From contig JBPRGF010000033.1 in assembly GCA_051418015.1 (NCBI GenBank), positions 52,298 through 116,297 on the forward strand: 64,000 nucleotides of DNA, written 5' to 3'. The notes under the pieces are model-generated. The model ran no database searches and was not told the origin of the DNA. It saw only the letters and a program-made list of their open reading frames with translations. The stretch's first letter is position 1. The number at the start of each line of letters is the position of its first letter. Source of the stretch: Candidatus Nitrospinota bacterium M3_3B_026 (GTDB lineage: Bacteria > Nitrospinota_A > UBA7883 > JBPRGF01). Positions 26,452-36,118 of this stretch are shown here, piece by piece. The position numbers and the translations under genes were made by a program.

Positions 26452-27699
26452 ATGACGCGCATACTCGTGGTGGACGATGAGGCCGAGACTCGCTCAAACC
26501 TCAGGAAAATTCTCAACAGGAAGGGTTACTACACCTACGAGGCCGAAAACGGCCGGGATGCGCTGGAGGCCCTTTCCCGCCAGCCGGTGGAGGTCGTCCT
26601 GCTGGACATCAGGATGCCGGAGATGGACGGCAGCGAGGCCTTGAAGAAGATAAAGAAGGAGTACCTGGACACGGAGGTGATAATGGTGACCGCCATTTCG
26701 GATCTGGAGATGGCCGTGGATTTGATGAAAAACGGGGCCTACGGCTACGTCACCAAGCCCGTGGACATGGAAAACATGACCATGGAGATCGAGAAGGCCC
26801 TGGAGCGCCGGCGTCTCTCCATCGAGAACAAAAACTACCATGAGAACCTGGAGAGGATGGTGGAGGAGAAGACCGCCGGGGTCAAGCGCCTCCACGGCCA
26901 GCTGGAGGCGAACTTCTACAACTCCATCCGTGTTTTCGTGGAGCTTCTGGAGCTGCGCGACCCGTTCCTCGGCGGGCACTCGCGGAGGGTGGCGTTTTTC
27001 TCCGTGGAGACGGGCAGGGCCCTCGGTTTGGACAAGGCGCGGCTCAAAGACCTTGAGATAGCCGGCCTGCTCCACGATATCGGCAGGCTGGGAATACCCG
27101 ACGAGACGCTCAGAAAACCCTCCGAGGACCTGACGCCAGGGGAGCAGGACCTGCTGAGAAATCAGACAGTGCTGGCGCAGGAGTCCCTGAAGCCCATCGA
27201 CGAGCTGAAGCGCGCCGGGATCATCATAAGAAGCCACATGGAGCGGGTGGACGGCGCCGGGTATCCGGACGGCCTGAAGGGGGAAGAGATCCCGCTGGAG
27301 TCGCGGATACTGACGGTTGTCAACGCCTTCGACGAGGTGAAGAACAGGCATGGCCATTTCCCCGGCGCCCTGTACGAAGGCAGGACCGAGGAGGAAGCGG
27401 CGATTTTTTACCTGGATGAGCTTTCGGGCAAGAGGTTCGACAAGAAGGCCGTGGCGGCTCTCAAGGACGCGCTGGAGAACCTGATGAGACTCAGGGAAGG
27501 CGTGGCGGCGATCACCCTTGACGAAATGCAGGAGGGAATGACTCTGGCGAAAGACCTTCTCGCGGAGAACGGAAAGCTGCTGCTCGCCAAAGACAACAAG
27601 CTGAGCGCGGCGCTGATCTCGAAACTGCGCTACTATCACAAGATCGTAAGCCCGGTGGCCCGCAAAATATATATTTACTCCAAGGCGCCGCCGGGCTGA
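26452..27699 (+). CDS. Response regulator with divergent HD-GYP domain
   Basis: REC plus LLHDIGRLG, SHMERVDGAGYPDGL and a C-terminal GMTLAKDL...GKLLL tail. Confidence 0.85.
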   Translation: MTRILVVDDEAETRSNLRKILNRKGYYTYEAENGRDALEALSRQPVEVVLLDIRMPEMDGSEALKKIKKEYLDTEVIMVTAISDLEMAVDLMKNGAYGYVTKPVDMENMTMEIEKALERRRLSIENKNYHENLERMVEEKTAGVKRLHGQLEANFYNSIRVFVELLELRDPFLGGHSRRVAFFSVETGRALGLDKARLKDLEIAGLLHDIGRLGIPDETLRKPSEDLTPGEQDLLRNQTVLAQESLKPIDELKRAGIIIRSHMERVDGAGYPDGLKGEEIPLESRILTVVNAFDEVKNRHGHFPGALYEGRTEEEAAIFYLDELSGKRFDKKAVAALKDALENLMRLREGVAAITLDEMQEGMTLAKDLLAENGKLLLAKDNKLSAALISKLRYYHKIVSPVARKIYIYSKAPPG

Positions 27700-27724
27700 G
27701 AAATTTCAGGCGAGGAGGAAAAAA

Positions 27725-28189
27725 GTGTACCGGATAATGGTGGTGGACGATGAGAAGGAGTTTTTGGGCCTGGCGCAAAAGCTTCTGAGCAAGGACTACG
27801 CCGTGGAGGTTTTCGACTCTCCCCTGAAGGCGCTGGAGAGGGCGGATCAGCAGACCTTCGACGCGGTGATATCCGACTACCGGATGCCGGAGATGGACGG
27901 GGTGAAGTTCCTGAAGGTTTTCAAGGAGCGCCAGCCCAACGCGGCGAGGATAATCCTGAGCGCCTACCAGGATAAGGACGAGCTCATCGGCGCCATAAAC
28001 GAGGCCCAGATCTACCGTTTTCTCTCCAAGCCGTGCAACGTCATGGAGCTTGTCATGACCATCGCCCAGGCCATAGCCCACAGGGGGCTGCTGCTGGAGA
28101 GGGAGCAGCTGGCCGAGAAGGTGAAGACCCAGGCCGCCGAGATCGAACAGTTGCGGGCGGAAGTCGAGCGCCTCAGGACGGGAGGCTGA
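27725..28189 (+). CDS. Single-domain response regulator with coiled-coil tail
   Basis: VVDDE, ISDYRMPEMDG, FLSKP; GAGGAGG before GTG. Confidence 0.88.
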   Translation: MYRIMVVDDEKEFLGLAQKLLSKDYAVEVFDSPLKALERADQQTFDAVISDYRMPEMDGVKFLKVFKERQPNAARIILSAYQDKDELIGAINEAQIYRFLSKPCNVMELVMTIAQAIAHRGLLLEREQLAEKVKTQAAEIEQLRAEVERLRTGG

Positions 28190-28285
28190 GAGCGGCCAAC
28201 CCCGCGCGCGCTGACTCCATTACACACGATAACGCCTGGGCGCCAGTCCTCCTGGCCCCGAAATTCGCCGCCGCTCAACAATCTC

Positions 28286-28314
28286 TTTACATACAGGACT
28301 GATTTCCGTAAACT
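28286..28314 (+). promoter_or_regulatory. Putative sigma70 promoter of the cytochrome cluster
   Basis: TTTACA-N17-TAAACT upstream of the PPIase gene. Confidence 0.5.
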
Positions 28315-28381
28315 TGTATAGCTCTAGGGGGAGCAGGGGTAGGAGGGGTAGTTCAATTTTACAGCTTATCCTTTTTGTGAC

Positions 28382-29461
28382 TTGCTGATGCTAGACTTTG
28401 CGCGGGCGCTCCGCCCGGTTCCTTACGCGCTGTTGATAATGTCCGTCCTCGCTGTCCCCGGCGTTTTCGGCCAGGAGAAAAAACCCGCCGGAGAGCAGGC
28501 CGCAAAGGAGCCTATGCCTCCGTTCGCGAAAGTGAACGACGTCGTGTTGACCCTCCAGGACTTCAGGGGCGCGATGATTCAGGCCGTCCGTTCCAAGTAT
28601 TATCATGGCAAGGTCCCCGAGGGAGAGATGGCCGTCCTGCAGAGGGAGGTCGGCCGGAAGATGGTGGACAGGATACTGCTTGTGGAAGAGGCCAGGCGGC
28701 GCGGCCTGGAGCCGGACAGTAAAAAGGTGGACAAGCAGATTACCATGTTCGACGACAAGTACGCCGGCAGCGAGCGCTGGAAGGCCGAACGCGACAGGAT
28801 CATACCGGGTCTCAGAAAACAGATGGAGGAAGACAGCCTGGTGGAGGTCTTGGAAGAGCAGGTGAAAGGCTCGGTGGACCCCTCCGAGGCGCAGGTCCGG
28901 GAATATTACGAGCAGAACCCGGACAAGTTCACCGAGCCCGAGCAGGTGAAAGTCTCCGCCATTCTTTTGAAGGTGGAGCCTTCCTCGCCCAAGGAGGTCT
29001 GGGAGAAGGCGATCGAGGAGGCGAAGGATATAAAGAAGAGGATCGAGGACGGCGGCGATTTCGCCGAATTGGCCAGGATACATTCCGGCGACCCTTCCGC
29101 CGAGAAGGGCGGGGACATGGGCTACCTGCACCGGGGAATGTTGGCCGAAAACGTCCACAAGGCGCTGGACGAGATATCCGCGGGAGACGTGACGGACCCC
29201 GTGGTGATCCTGCAGGGGGTTGGCGTGTTCCGCCTGGACGACCGCAAACAGCCGAAACTCAACGAGTTCAAGGACGTCCGGGAGCGGGCGGAGGCTCTTT
29301 TGAAAAGAGAGCTTGCCGAGAAGGCGTGGGAGGATCTCAAATCGCGGCTGAGGGAGGGGGCCTCGATAGAGATCAACGAGTCATACTATCTTCCGGCGCC
29401 TAAAGACGATGGAGACGAAAAAGAAGAGAAGGGGGGAGCCGAAGATCGCCTTCATGGCTGA
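28382..29461 (+). CDS. Periplasmic parvulin/SurA-type peptidyl-prolyl isomerase
   Basis: Signal peptide, SurA-like N domain, DFAELARIHSGDPSAEKGGDMG. Confidence 0.9.
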   Translation: MLMLDFARALRPVPYALLIMSVLAVPGVFGQEKKPAGEQAAKEPMPPFAKVNDVVLTLQDFRGAMIQAVRSKYYHGKVPEGEMAVLQREVGRKMVDRILLVEEARRRGLEPDSKKVDKQITMFDDKYAGSERWKAERDRIIPGLRKQMEEDSLVEVLEEQVKGSVDPSEAQVREYYEQNPDKFTEPEQVKVSAILLKVEPSSPKEVWEKAIEEAKDIKKRIEDGGDFAELARIHSGDPSAEKGGDMGYLHRGMLAENVHKALDEISAGDVTDPVVILQGVGVFRLDDRKQPKLNEFKDVRERAEALLKRELAEKAWEDLKSRLREGASIEINESYYLPAPKDDGDEKEEKGGAEDRLHG

Positions 29462-29484
29462 CTGAGATGAGGGGCGGAAGATAA

Positions 29485-31635
29485 ATGACGGCGTTTCACC
29501 CTCGTTGCGGATGGAGAGGCGCCGCGGCCGCCGTGGCGATGACGGCGGTTTTTCTTTCACCGTTTTCCTCCCGTCCCGCCGCGGCCGGGGATGAGGAGGA
29601 CGGAGGATCGCCCGGCCGGGGGGCGGGCGTTAGGCTCAGGATCATAAAAGTTATCTCCACGGAGGAGGGGGAAGGGGTGGAAGCGCCCCGTCTTGAACAG
29701 GCGTTCGGAAAAATCCGCCTCACGGCGTTCGATACGATTTCCGAGGAGAGCATGGGAGTCGCCGAAAGGATGCTCGCGCCCGATGAGGAGCTTGCCCCCC
29801 TTGTACGAATCTCGCCGCGGGTGTTGAAGAGGAAAAGGGTTGTGGTGAAGGTGTGGAAGCCATGGGCGCGCGCCCTCATGTACAACCTGACCTGGGGGGG
29901 GTATATCTACGATTTTTACAACAGGCAGTCCTGGGAGGGCGGGGAAGGATTCGAGCGCAACATGCTTGGCCTGCGGCTCAACGTCAGCACCAAGAGCTTC
30001 ATATGGCGGCCTTGGTTCGCCCTCGTGGACGGCGGTGTCGGCCTCTACGCCTCCCGCACGGCGGGCCGGAATATCGCGGGCTATACCTCGAACACCCTCC
30101 TCGGCGATCTGGGGCTCTCCGTTTTCCCTTACAGCAGGTTCCCGTTCCAGGCGAACTACTCCAGGAACAGGACCGACCAGGGCGGCGACCTCAGGGACAC
30201 CCGGACGGAAACCGAGCGCTACTCCGCGCGGCAGAATTACAGGACCAGGGGCGGCACGAATTTCTCCGGGGGCTACCTGCACACCGACGTCAAGACGGAA
30301 AACCTGCAAGCCGGCGGATCCAGTGAAAACAACACGACACGGAGCGTGCTGGACACGTTCGACTTCAGCGCGTCCAAAAGCATCGAGGATCACAGCCTCG
30401 GCCTCAACTCGACCTACAACAAATCGAAACGGGTGGATATCACCAGGGATTACAACACCCTGTCGGTCATCGGCAGGCACAGGTACACCCCGCGGGGGTC
30501 CTTCTCGCTCGAGAACGAGGCGAACTACTACAACTATTACGAAAGAGCCGTGACCGGCTACAAGGCCGGGGCGGAGGAATTCATCTGGGACCAGGACATA
30601 TACCAGGTGACGAGCAACACCTACTGGCGGCCGGAGGACAAGCCGCTGACGGTCAACGCCGGCCTCCGGTACTACGGCACGGACACTGGAAGATCGTCGT
30701 CAAGGACCGGCGGCGCTCCCTCCAACTTCCTCGCCAACGGGAGCGTCTACGCGGGGGCCAACTACTCCGTGAACGAAAACACCAACGTCTACGGAACGGC
30801 CAACTACTCCAAGCCGCTGGAGCCCCCCACTGACTCCTACATAGCGAACCAGTCGTTCGGCGTGACCTATTCGGCCGACCCGGTCGATTTTCTGAAGATG
30901 GACTACACCTGGGGCAACCAGGCCGGGATGAGCCACAGCATGTCGGACCGGAGCAACAGTCTGCGCCTCATGGAGACCATAAGGCACGGCCTCCAGAAGG
31001 GTTTCGATATCGGCGAGTCCTCCTCCATCGACATCAGCGTGGACGAGAGCTTTTCCCTGGACCATTACGCCAACGCGGCTCACGGCTTTTACGAGACCCC
31101 AGAGCCGCGGACGCGGGAGACAATCACTCACGCCGCGTCCATCTCCTGGCTCATGTCGGGGATGTGGGGCAGAGGCGTCGTCAGGCTGTCCGGCTCCGAC
31201 AACAGGAGCAGGGGCGTGATGGAGGGGGGGGAGGTCGTATCACAATTCGTCTATTTCCAGGCGAGCCTGGACAGGCGGCTGAGCAAATATTCGCTGGTCT
31301 ACGTCGACTGGGTCACACAATACTCGGACAGCAACCTGAATGACAACGATTCGATTGGCGGACGGGTAAGATCGCACGGCCTGGCGCAGTACAAAAACAG
31401 CAGGCTCTTTGGCGTGGGAGGGCTTTCTTTTCAATCGTCGTTCAGGGTCGAAGGCAGGTCCTATTTCCCGGGAATTGAAAGCGAAGAGGAATCATCCGAG
31501 ACGATCTCCTGGGTGAACAACCTGGATTACAGCATCGGCAGGCTTCAGACCGCGGCCATGTACAGCATCGTGCAGACGGTCGCCGGGCGGAGGGACATTT
31601 TAATGTTGCGGATTTCGCGCAACTTCGGTAATTAG
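29485..31635 (+). CDS. Outer-membrane beta-barrel protein (cytochrome-cluster porin)
   Basis: Signal peptide; Tyr/Ser/Asn/Thr-rich amphipathic strands; FIWRPWFA and SRFPF; terminal strand MLRISRNF. Confidence 0.75.
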   Translation: MTAFHPRCGWRGAAAAVAMTAVFLSPFSSRPAAAGDEEDGGSPGRGAGVRLRIIKVISTEEGEGVEAPRLEQAFGKIRLTAFDTISEESMGVAERMLAPDEELAPLVRISPRVLKRKRVVVKVWKPWARALMYNLTWGGYIYDFYNRQSWEGGEGFERNMLGLRLNVSTKSFIWRPWFALVDGGVGLYASRTAGRNIAGYTSNTLLGDLGLSVFPYSRFPFQANYSRNRTDQGGDLRDTRTETERYSARQNYRTRGGTNFSGGYLHTDVKTENLQAGGSSENNTTRSVLDTFDFSASKSIEDHSLGLNSTYNKSKRVDITRDYNTLSVIGRHRYTPRGSFSLENEANYYNYYERAVTGYKAGAEEFIWDQDIYQVTSNTYWRPEDKPLTVNAGLRYYGTDTGRSSSRTGGAPSNFLANGSVYAGANYSVNENTNVYGTANYSKPLEPPTDSYIANQSFGVTYSADPVDFLKMDYTWGNQAGMSHSMSDRSNSLRLMETIRHGLQKGFDIGESSSIDISVDESFSLDHYANAAHGFYETPEPRTRETITHAASISWLMSGMWGRGVVRLSGSDNRSRGVMEGGEVVSQFVYFQASLDRRLSKYSLVYVDWVTQYSDSNLNDNDSIGGRVRSHGLAQYKNSRLFGVGGLSFQSSFRVEGRSYFPGIESEEESSETISWVNNLDYSIGRLQTAAMYSIVQTVAGRRDILMLRISRNFGN

Positions 31636-31804
31636 GACTATGCTCGGGACGCTTTTTTCGGAAAGCGAGGGGCCCGGGCTTTTAAAAAGGGGGGCGGCGC
31701 AAGCCGCGGCTGGTTGATTTTGTGGGAAAATCCGCATGGTGTCGGCGCTTTGCCGTATCGCGCTGTTTGTCGTATCAACGGACAATCGATAATGGGGAGA
31801 GTCT

Positions 31805-32260
31805 ATGTTAAGGAAAAAATGTAAAGAAGTGTTCAGGAGAGCCTTCCTTCCATTGCTGGCGGCGGCCCTGGTGGCGGGAATGCTCCTGCCGGGGCAGGCC
31901 CGGGCGGAGTACGCGGACGTGGTGATCAACAACTATTCGGACGAGCAGGGGATGCGTCCGGCCGTGTTCCCGCACTGGTTCCATCGCATCAGGTTCCGGT
32001 GCAAGGTCTGCCACGCCGACCTGGGGTTCCAGTTCAAGGCTGGCGGAAACAAGATAACGATGGCGAAGATCATCGAGGGCGAGTTCTGCGGCGCCTGCCA
32101 CAACGGCGAGGTGGCCTGGTCCCCGCAGAACTGCGACCTGTGCCATTCCGGCGTGCCGGGAACTCCCACACAGGTCCACGGAAGCACGGCACAGACGCTG
32201 GTGACGCCGGTGGGCATCCAGAAGTTCACCATCGAGGAAAAGGACACCTTTGAAAAATAA
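31805..32260 (+). CDS. Triheme c7-like cytochrome (type A)
   Basis: Signal peptide; VFPHWFH, CKVCH, CGACH, CDLCH. Confidence 0.9.
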   Translation: MLRKKCKEVFRRAFLPLLAAALVAGMLLPGQARAEYADVVINNYSDEQGMRPAVFPHWFHRIRFRCKVCHADLGFQFKAGGNKITMAKIIEGEFCGACHNGEVAWSPQNCDLCHSGVPGTPTQVHGSTAQTLVTPVGIQKFTIEEKDTFEK

Positions 32261-32287
32261 GAGAATATAGAAAAAAGAGGAGAGGTC

Positions 32288-32914
32288 ATGAATCGCAAGC
32301 TTGTAATCACTCCTTTAGTGATAGTGGCCGCGCTGTGTATCGCGCTGGAGCCGGCCCGCGCCCAGGAGCCGGCGAATCCCCCGCAGGGTGGAGGAAACAA
32401 GGCGGGCATACAGTTCAACAGGTTGCTCAAAAAACCCAAGGTCTACAACCCCCCTCCAGCCGAAGACGGGGCCCACGACCCCCAGAACGAGGGGACGTAC
32501 ATGCTCCAGCCCCCCATGGATGTGTTCAAGCACATGCCCAAAGCCCAGTCCGGCAACAGGGTGGACTGGGTGAAAGCCCTGAACGACGGCGTCATAAACC
32601 CGCGCTGGGACAGGCTCGACCCCGCGGCCGAGCCGGACGTGTTCGAGTTCGACGTGCTCCGGGAAGTGCGCGGCTCCATGCCCAACGTCCTCTTCCCCCA
32701 CGACAGGCACACCCAGTGGCTGGCCTGCGAGAACTGCCACGACGACATCTTCATCCCCCAGGTCGGAGCCAACCAGATCAGCATGGCGCTTATCCTGATG
32801 GGGCAGAAATGCGGCGTGTGTCATGGCAAGGTGGCGTTCCCGCCGACCCAGTGCAGAAAATGCCATAGCCAGAAAAAGGACGCTATGGTGAAAAAGAAAC
32901 CCAGACAGCAGTGA
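32288..32914 (+). CDS. Triheme c7-like cytochrome (type B)
   Basis: Signal peptide; HDP..., GNRVDWVKAL, FPHDRH, CENCH, CGVCH, CRKCH. Confidence 0.9.
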   Translation: MNRKLVITPLVIVAALCIALEPARAQEPANPPQGGGNKAGIQFNRLLKKPKVYNPPPAEDGAHDPQNEGTYMLQPPMDVFKHMPKAQSGNRVDWVKALNDGVINPRWDRLDPAAEPDVFEFDVLREVRGSMPNVLFPHDRHTQWLACENCHDDIFIPQVGANQISMALILMGQKCGVCHGKVAFPPTQCRKCHSQKKDAMVKKKPRQQ

Positions 32915-32927
32915 GAGAACCAGCCAG

Positions 32928-34115
32928 ATGAGAAGTTACTTCATTAAAGCGGCGGCTGGGATGCTGGCGATCGGCCTTGCGGCCGGTTGCCAGTCCCCAG
33001 GCCCGCCCAAAAAAGAAACGCTCAAAAAACCCTCGGCTGAGCAGGCGGCTGAGGGGGAAGAGGAGAAACCCGCTGAAGAGGCCCCCTCTCCGGGTCCGGT
33101 AGTCTCCGAGCCCAAGGCGGAGGAGCCGCCAGCCGCGCCGCCGCCCGAGCCCGCGGTAAAAGCGGAAAAGCCGGAGGCCGCGGAGCCGGAGCGCCAGGCC
33201 GCGGAGCCTGAGAAAGCGCCGGAGGAGAAGGAGGCGCCAGAGCCTCCCGTTGCCGCCGAGGCCCCTCCGGAGCCTGCGCCCAAGAAAGAGGCGGCGACCA
33301 TCCGCGGCGGTAAACCGAAGCTCTCCAAAGATAAGCTGGAAATGCGTGTCAGCTACCTGGAAAGCCTGGTTTACAAATCCTCTTCCGCCAAAAAAGTCGA
33401 AGAGAGCGGCAACGAAGAGGCCATGGCCGCCCTTGCCCGCTCCAGGGAGCTTTATAAGCACGCCCGGGCCGCCCTGGAAAAGGACGACCTGGAAGGCTCC
33501 GATGACGCCATGAGGGAGTCCATGAGACTCGTCGGCGTGGCGTCGCGCATGGCGACAAGCCCCGAAGAGAAAAGCGCCCGCGAGCGCGAGAAATATCTCC
33601 AGACGAAAAAGAGCGTGGAGAGCCTGCTTGACGCCATCGACAGAGTCGTCAAGGAGAACGGCCCGGAAAAAGAGGAGCTTGGCGTCGACCCGGCCCCCAT
33701 CCACAAGCTCTATGACGAGGCCGAGGCGCAGGCCTCCGAGAAAAAGTACAAGGAGGCCAACGTCAAGATTGACGAGGCATACGCCCTGGCCTCCTCGGCC
33801 GTCACGAAGCTCCGGGACAAGGAGACGATCCTGCTGACGCTCGAGTTCGAGACGCCGGAGGATGAATATAAATACGTCCTCAAGCGAAACGAAAGCTACG
33901 AATCGCTCATCTCTATCATGATAGAGGAGAAAAAACCGGGCGAGGGGCAGCTTGAAAGGATCAAGGGGTTTGTGGCTGAAGGCCGGTCCATACTTGAAAA
34001 AGCCGAAAAACTCGCCTCCCAGGGAGACTTCGAACAGGCCATCCAGTTCGCCGACGATGCCACGCGCGAGCTTGCCAAGGCTCTGCGGACGCTTGGGCTC
34101 ATGGTGTACGATTGA
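32928..34115 (+). CDS. Alpha-helical lipoprotein with Pro/Glu/Ala-rich linker
   Basis: Lipobox LAAGC; ~100-aa P/E/A/K tract; helical domain with LEFETPEDEYKY. Confidence 0.8.
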   Translation: MRSYFIKAAAGMLAIGLAAGCQSPGPPKKETLKKPSAEQAAEGEEEKPAEEAPSPGPVVSEPKAEEPPAAPPPEPAVKAEKPEAAEPERQAAEPEKAPEEKEAPEPPVAAEAPPEPAPKKEAATIRGGKPKLSKDKLEMRVSYLESLVYKSSSAKKVEESGNEEAMAALARSRELYKHARAALEKDDLEGSDDAMRESMRLVGVASRMATSPEEKSAREREKYLQTKKSVESLLDAIDRVVKENGPEKEELGVDPAPIHKLYDEAEAQASEKKYKEANVKIDEAYALASSAVTKLRDKETILLTLEFETPEDEYKYVLKRNESYESLISIMIEEKKPGEGQLERIKGFVAEGRSILEKAEKLASQGDFEQAIQFADDATRELAKALRTLGLMVYD

Positions 34116-34137
34116 CGGAAAGTTTTTTCTTCGGAGC

Positions 34138-35028
34138 ATGAAAGAGGCGATCGCGCCGGTCGTGGCCGTTTTGCTTCTCGTCTTCGCCTCCCCGGCTGGA
34201 GCGCAGGGGAGGGGGGCGGAGTTCAAGGCGGGGCGGATTGACAGGAGGCTCCAGTCCGTGACAACGCTGGTCGAGACGTCCTCCCTGGCGCTGCGGATCA
34301 GGTCCAGCGGGTCCGTGGAGGCGGAAAACGTCCGCCTGGAGGCCGAAGCCGTACTCGAACAGGCCGAACAGGCCGCCGCCCGCGGCGACGATGACGAGGC
34401 GGGAAGGCTGCTCATCGAAGCCCAGAAAAAGGTCTATCAGGCCGCCAGTCTCCTGGGCGGCGGCCCCGGCGCCGGGGAGAAAAAACGCAGGGATTTCAAA
34501 CACAGGCTCAAGAGCGTGAAGGCCCTGCTGGAGGCCAACAGGCGCGTCGGGGGCGAAATCGAGGACACCGGGGAAAAAGAAAGACGCCGGGAACTGGCCG
34601 AAAGGGTCGCCAGCCTGCTTGAGGAGGCGATGGCCCTGTATGACGCGGGCGAGGTGGGCAAGGGCCGGGAAAAGCTGGACGAGGCCTACGCGACGGCCAC
34701 CAGCTCCCTCCGGAAGATGCGCCATGGCATGACGCGGGTGCGCGACCTTAAGTTCGAAACGAAGGAGGAGGAGTTCGAGTTCGTAAAACGCTACAACGAC
34801 GACTACCTGAACCTCGCGGACAAGTTCGTGAGCGATTACCTCAAGAAAACCGAAGACACGGCCCGGGCGGAAAGGATGAAAAAATACTTCAAAAGGGGCA
34901 AGGAGTTGCGAGTCGAAGCGGACGGGCTGGCATCGGCCGGTGATTTCGAAAAGGGCATAGAAGCCCTGGAGCAGTCCACAAGGCAGATCAAGCAGGCCAT
35001 AAGGGCTACCGGGTTCATGATACCCTGA
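34138..35028 (+). CDS. Exported alpha-helical protein, paralog of the preceding lipoprotein domain
   Basis: Start MKEAIAPVV after GGAG; signal peptide; LKFETKEEEFEF and LASAGDFEKGI match upstream LEFETPEDEYKY and LASQGDFEQAI. Confidence 0.8.
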   Translation: MKEAIAPVVAVLLLVFASPAGAQGRGAEFKAGRIDRRLQSVTTLVETSSLALRIRSSGSVEAENVRLEAEAVLEQAEQAAARGDDDEAGRLLIEAQKKVYQAASLLGGGPGAGEKKRRDFKHRLKSVKALLEANRRVGGEIEDTGEKERRRELAERVASLLEEAMALYDAGEVGKGREKLDEAYATATSSLRKMRHGMTRVRDLKFETKEEEFEFVKRYNDDYLNLADKFVSDYLKKTEDTARAERMKKYFKRGKELRVEADGLASAGDFEKGIEALEQSTRQIKQAIRATGFMIP

Positions 35029-35172
35029 AACGTGGGAAGGGAATTTCGCCCCGCTCGAATGAAGGCGCCGCATGTCCGCTTCGGGCAAGACGGGATCGAC
35101 GCCGTTCCGGCCGGCGGGCGGAAACTCGTTGTCACATAAGGCATGAACATTGACTTTTCGGGGCAGGTCCAC

Positions 35173-35745
35173 ATGATTTTCGCCGTATCCGGGGGTAAAA
35201 GACTGATTTTGCTCATCGCGGCCACCGGCCTTTTTTTCGCGGCTCTGGCCGGAGCCGCGCGGGGCGACGAGCGGAAATGGGAAAAGATCGAGGGCGACGG
35301 GTTGCACGACCCTGAAGGCCCGGCCATACACACCCTGCAGGATCCCGGGGAAGCCCTCTCCGCCCTGCCGCCGGACCCGGGAAACGCCGGGAACAAGGTC
35401 AGCTGGCCGAAGGCGCTGGAAAATGGCTTTATAAACCCCAGGACCAGCTTTGACAACGAGAAGGAGATGCAGGTTCTGGACATGGACATCCTGTTCAAGG
35501 AGACGCGGGAGATGCCCATGGTCCTGTTCCCCCACGTAAAACACACCGTGTGGCTGGATTGCTCTAACTGCCACGACAAGATATTCAAAGCCAAGGCGGG
35601 CGCCACGCCGGTGAACATGTTCACCATCCTGATGGGGGAGCATTGCGGGAGATGCCACGGCGCCGTCGCCTTTCCATTGACGGAATGCTTGCGCTGCCAC
35701 AGCGTGGAGAGGGAAGGCGCCAGTGTCAAGCACAGGATGGAGTGA
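35173..35745 (+). CDS. Triheme c7-like cytochrome (type B')
   Basis: Signal peptide; DGLHDP, GNKVSWPKAL, FPHVKH, CSNCH, CGRCH, CLRCH. Confidence 0.9.
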   Translation: MIFAVSGGKRLILLIAATGLFFAALAGAARGDERKWEKIEGDGLHDPEGPAIHTLQDPGEALSALPPDPGNAGNKVSWPKALENGFINPRTSFDNEKEMQVLDMDILFKETREMPMVLFPHVKHTVWLDCSNCHDKIFKAKAGATPVNMFTILMGEHCGRCHGAVAFPLTECLRCHSVEREGASVKHRME

Positions 35746-36118
35746 CCGCCGGAACGCGGCGGCCGCAGCGGTGTTCGCCCTGGTTCTCTTCGCCGCGCCC
35801 GCGCGGGCGGAATACGGCGACGTCATAATCAACAACAAGGCCGAGGAATACGGGATGCGCCCGGTGATATTCCCCCATTGGTTCCATCGCATCCGGTTCA
35901 GGTGCAGGGTCTGCCACACGGACGTCGGGTTCGAAATGCGCGCGGGGTCCAACGACATAACCATGGGCAAGATCATAGACAGGCAGTTCTGCGGCGCCTG
36001 CCACAACGGTGAGATCGCCTGGGGACCGGAAAACTGCGACATGTGCCACTCCGGCAAAGCCGGGCTCAAGACCGGAGTCAGGGGAGGGCATCAGACCGGG
36101 GGGCCGGGGAGGTGGTGA
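35723..36118 (+). CDS. Triheme c7-like cytochrome (type A')
   Basis: AEYGDVIIN...FPHWFHRIRFRCRVCH, CGACH, CDMCH; start approximate. Confidence 0.88.
   Translation: MSSTGWSDRRNAAAAAVFALVLFAAPARAEYGDVIINNKAEEYGMRPVIFPHWFHRIRFRCRVCHTDVGFEMRAGSNDITMGKIIDRQFCGACHNGEIAWGPENCDMCHSGKAGLKTGVRGGHQTGGPGRW

Noticed and set aside
33040-33300. Apparent tandem DNA repeats (gagcc/gcgga units)
   Set aside because: They arise from the Pro/Glu/Ala-rich protein linker and have no fixed DNA period.
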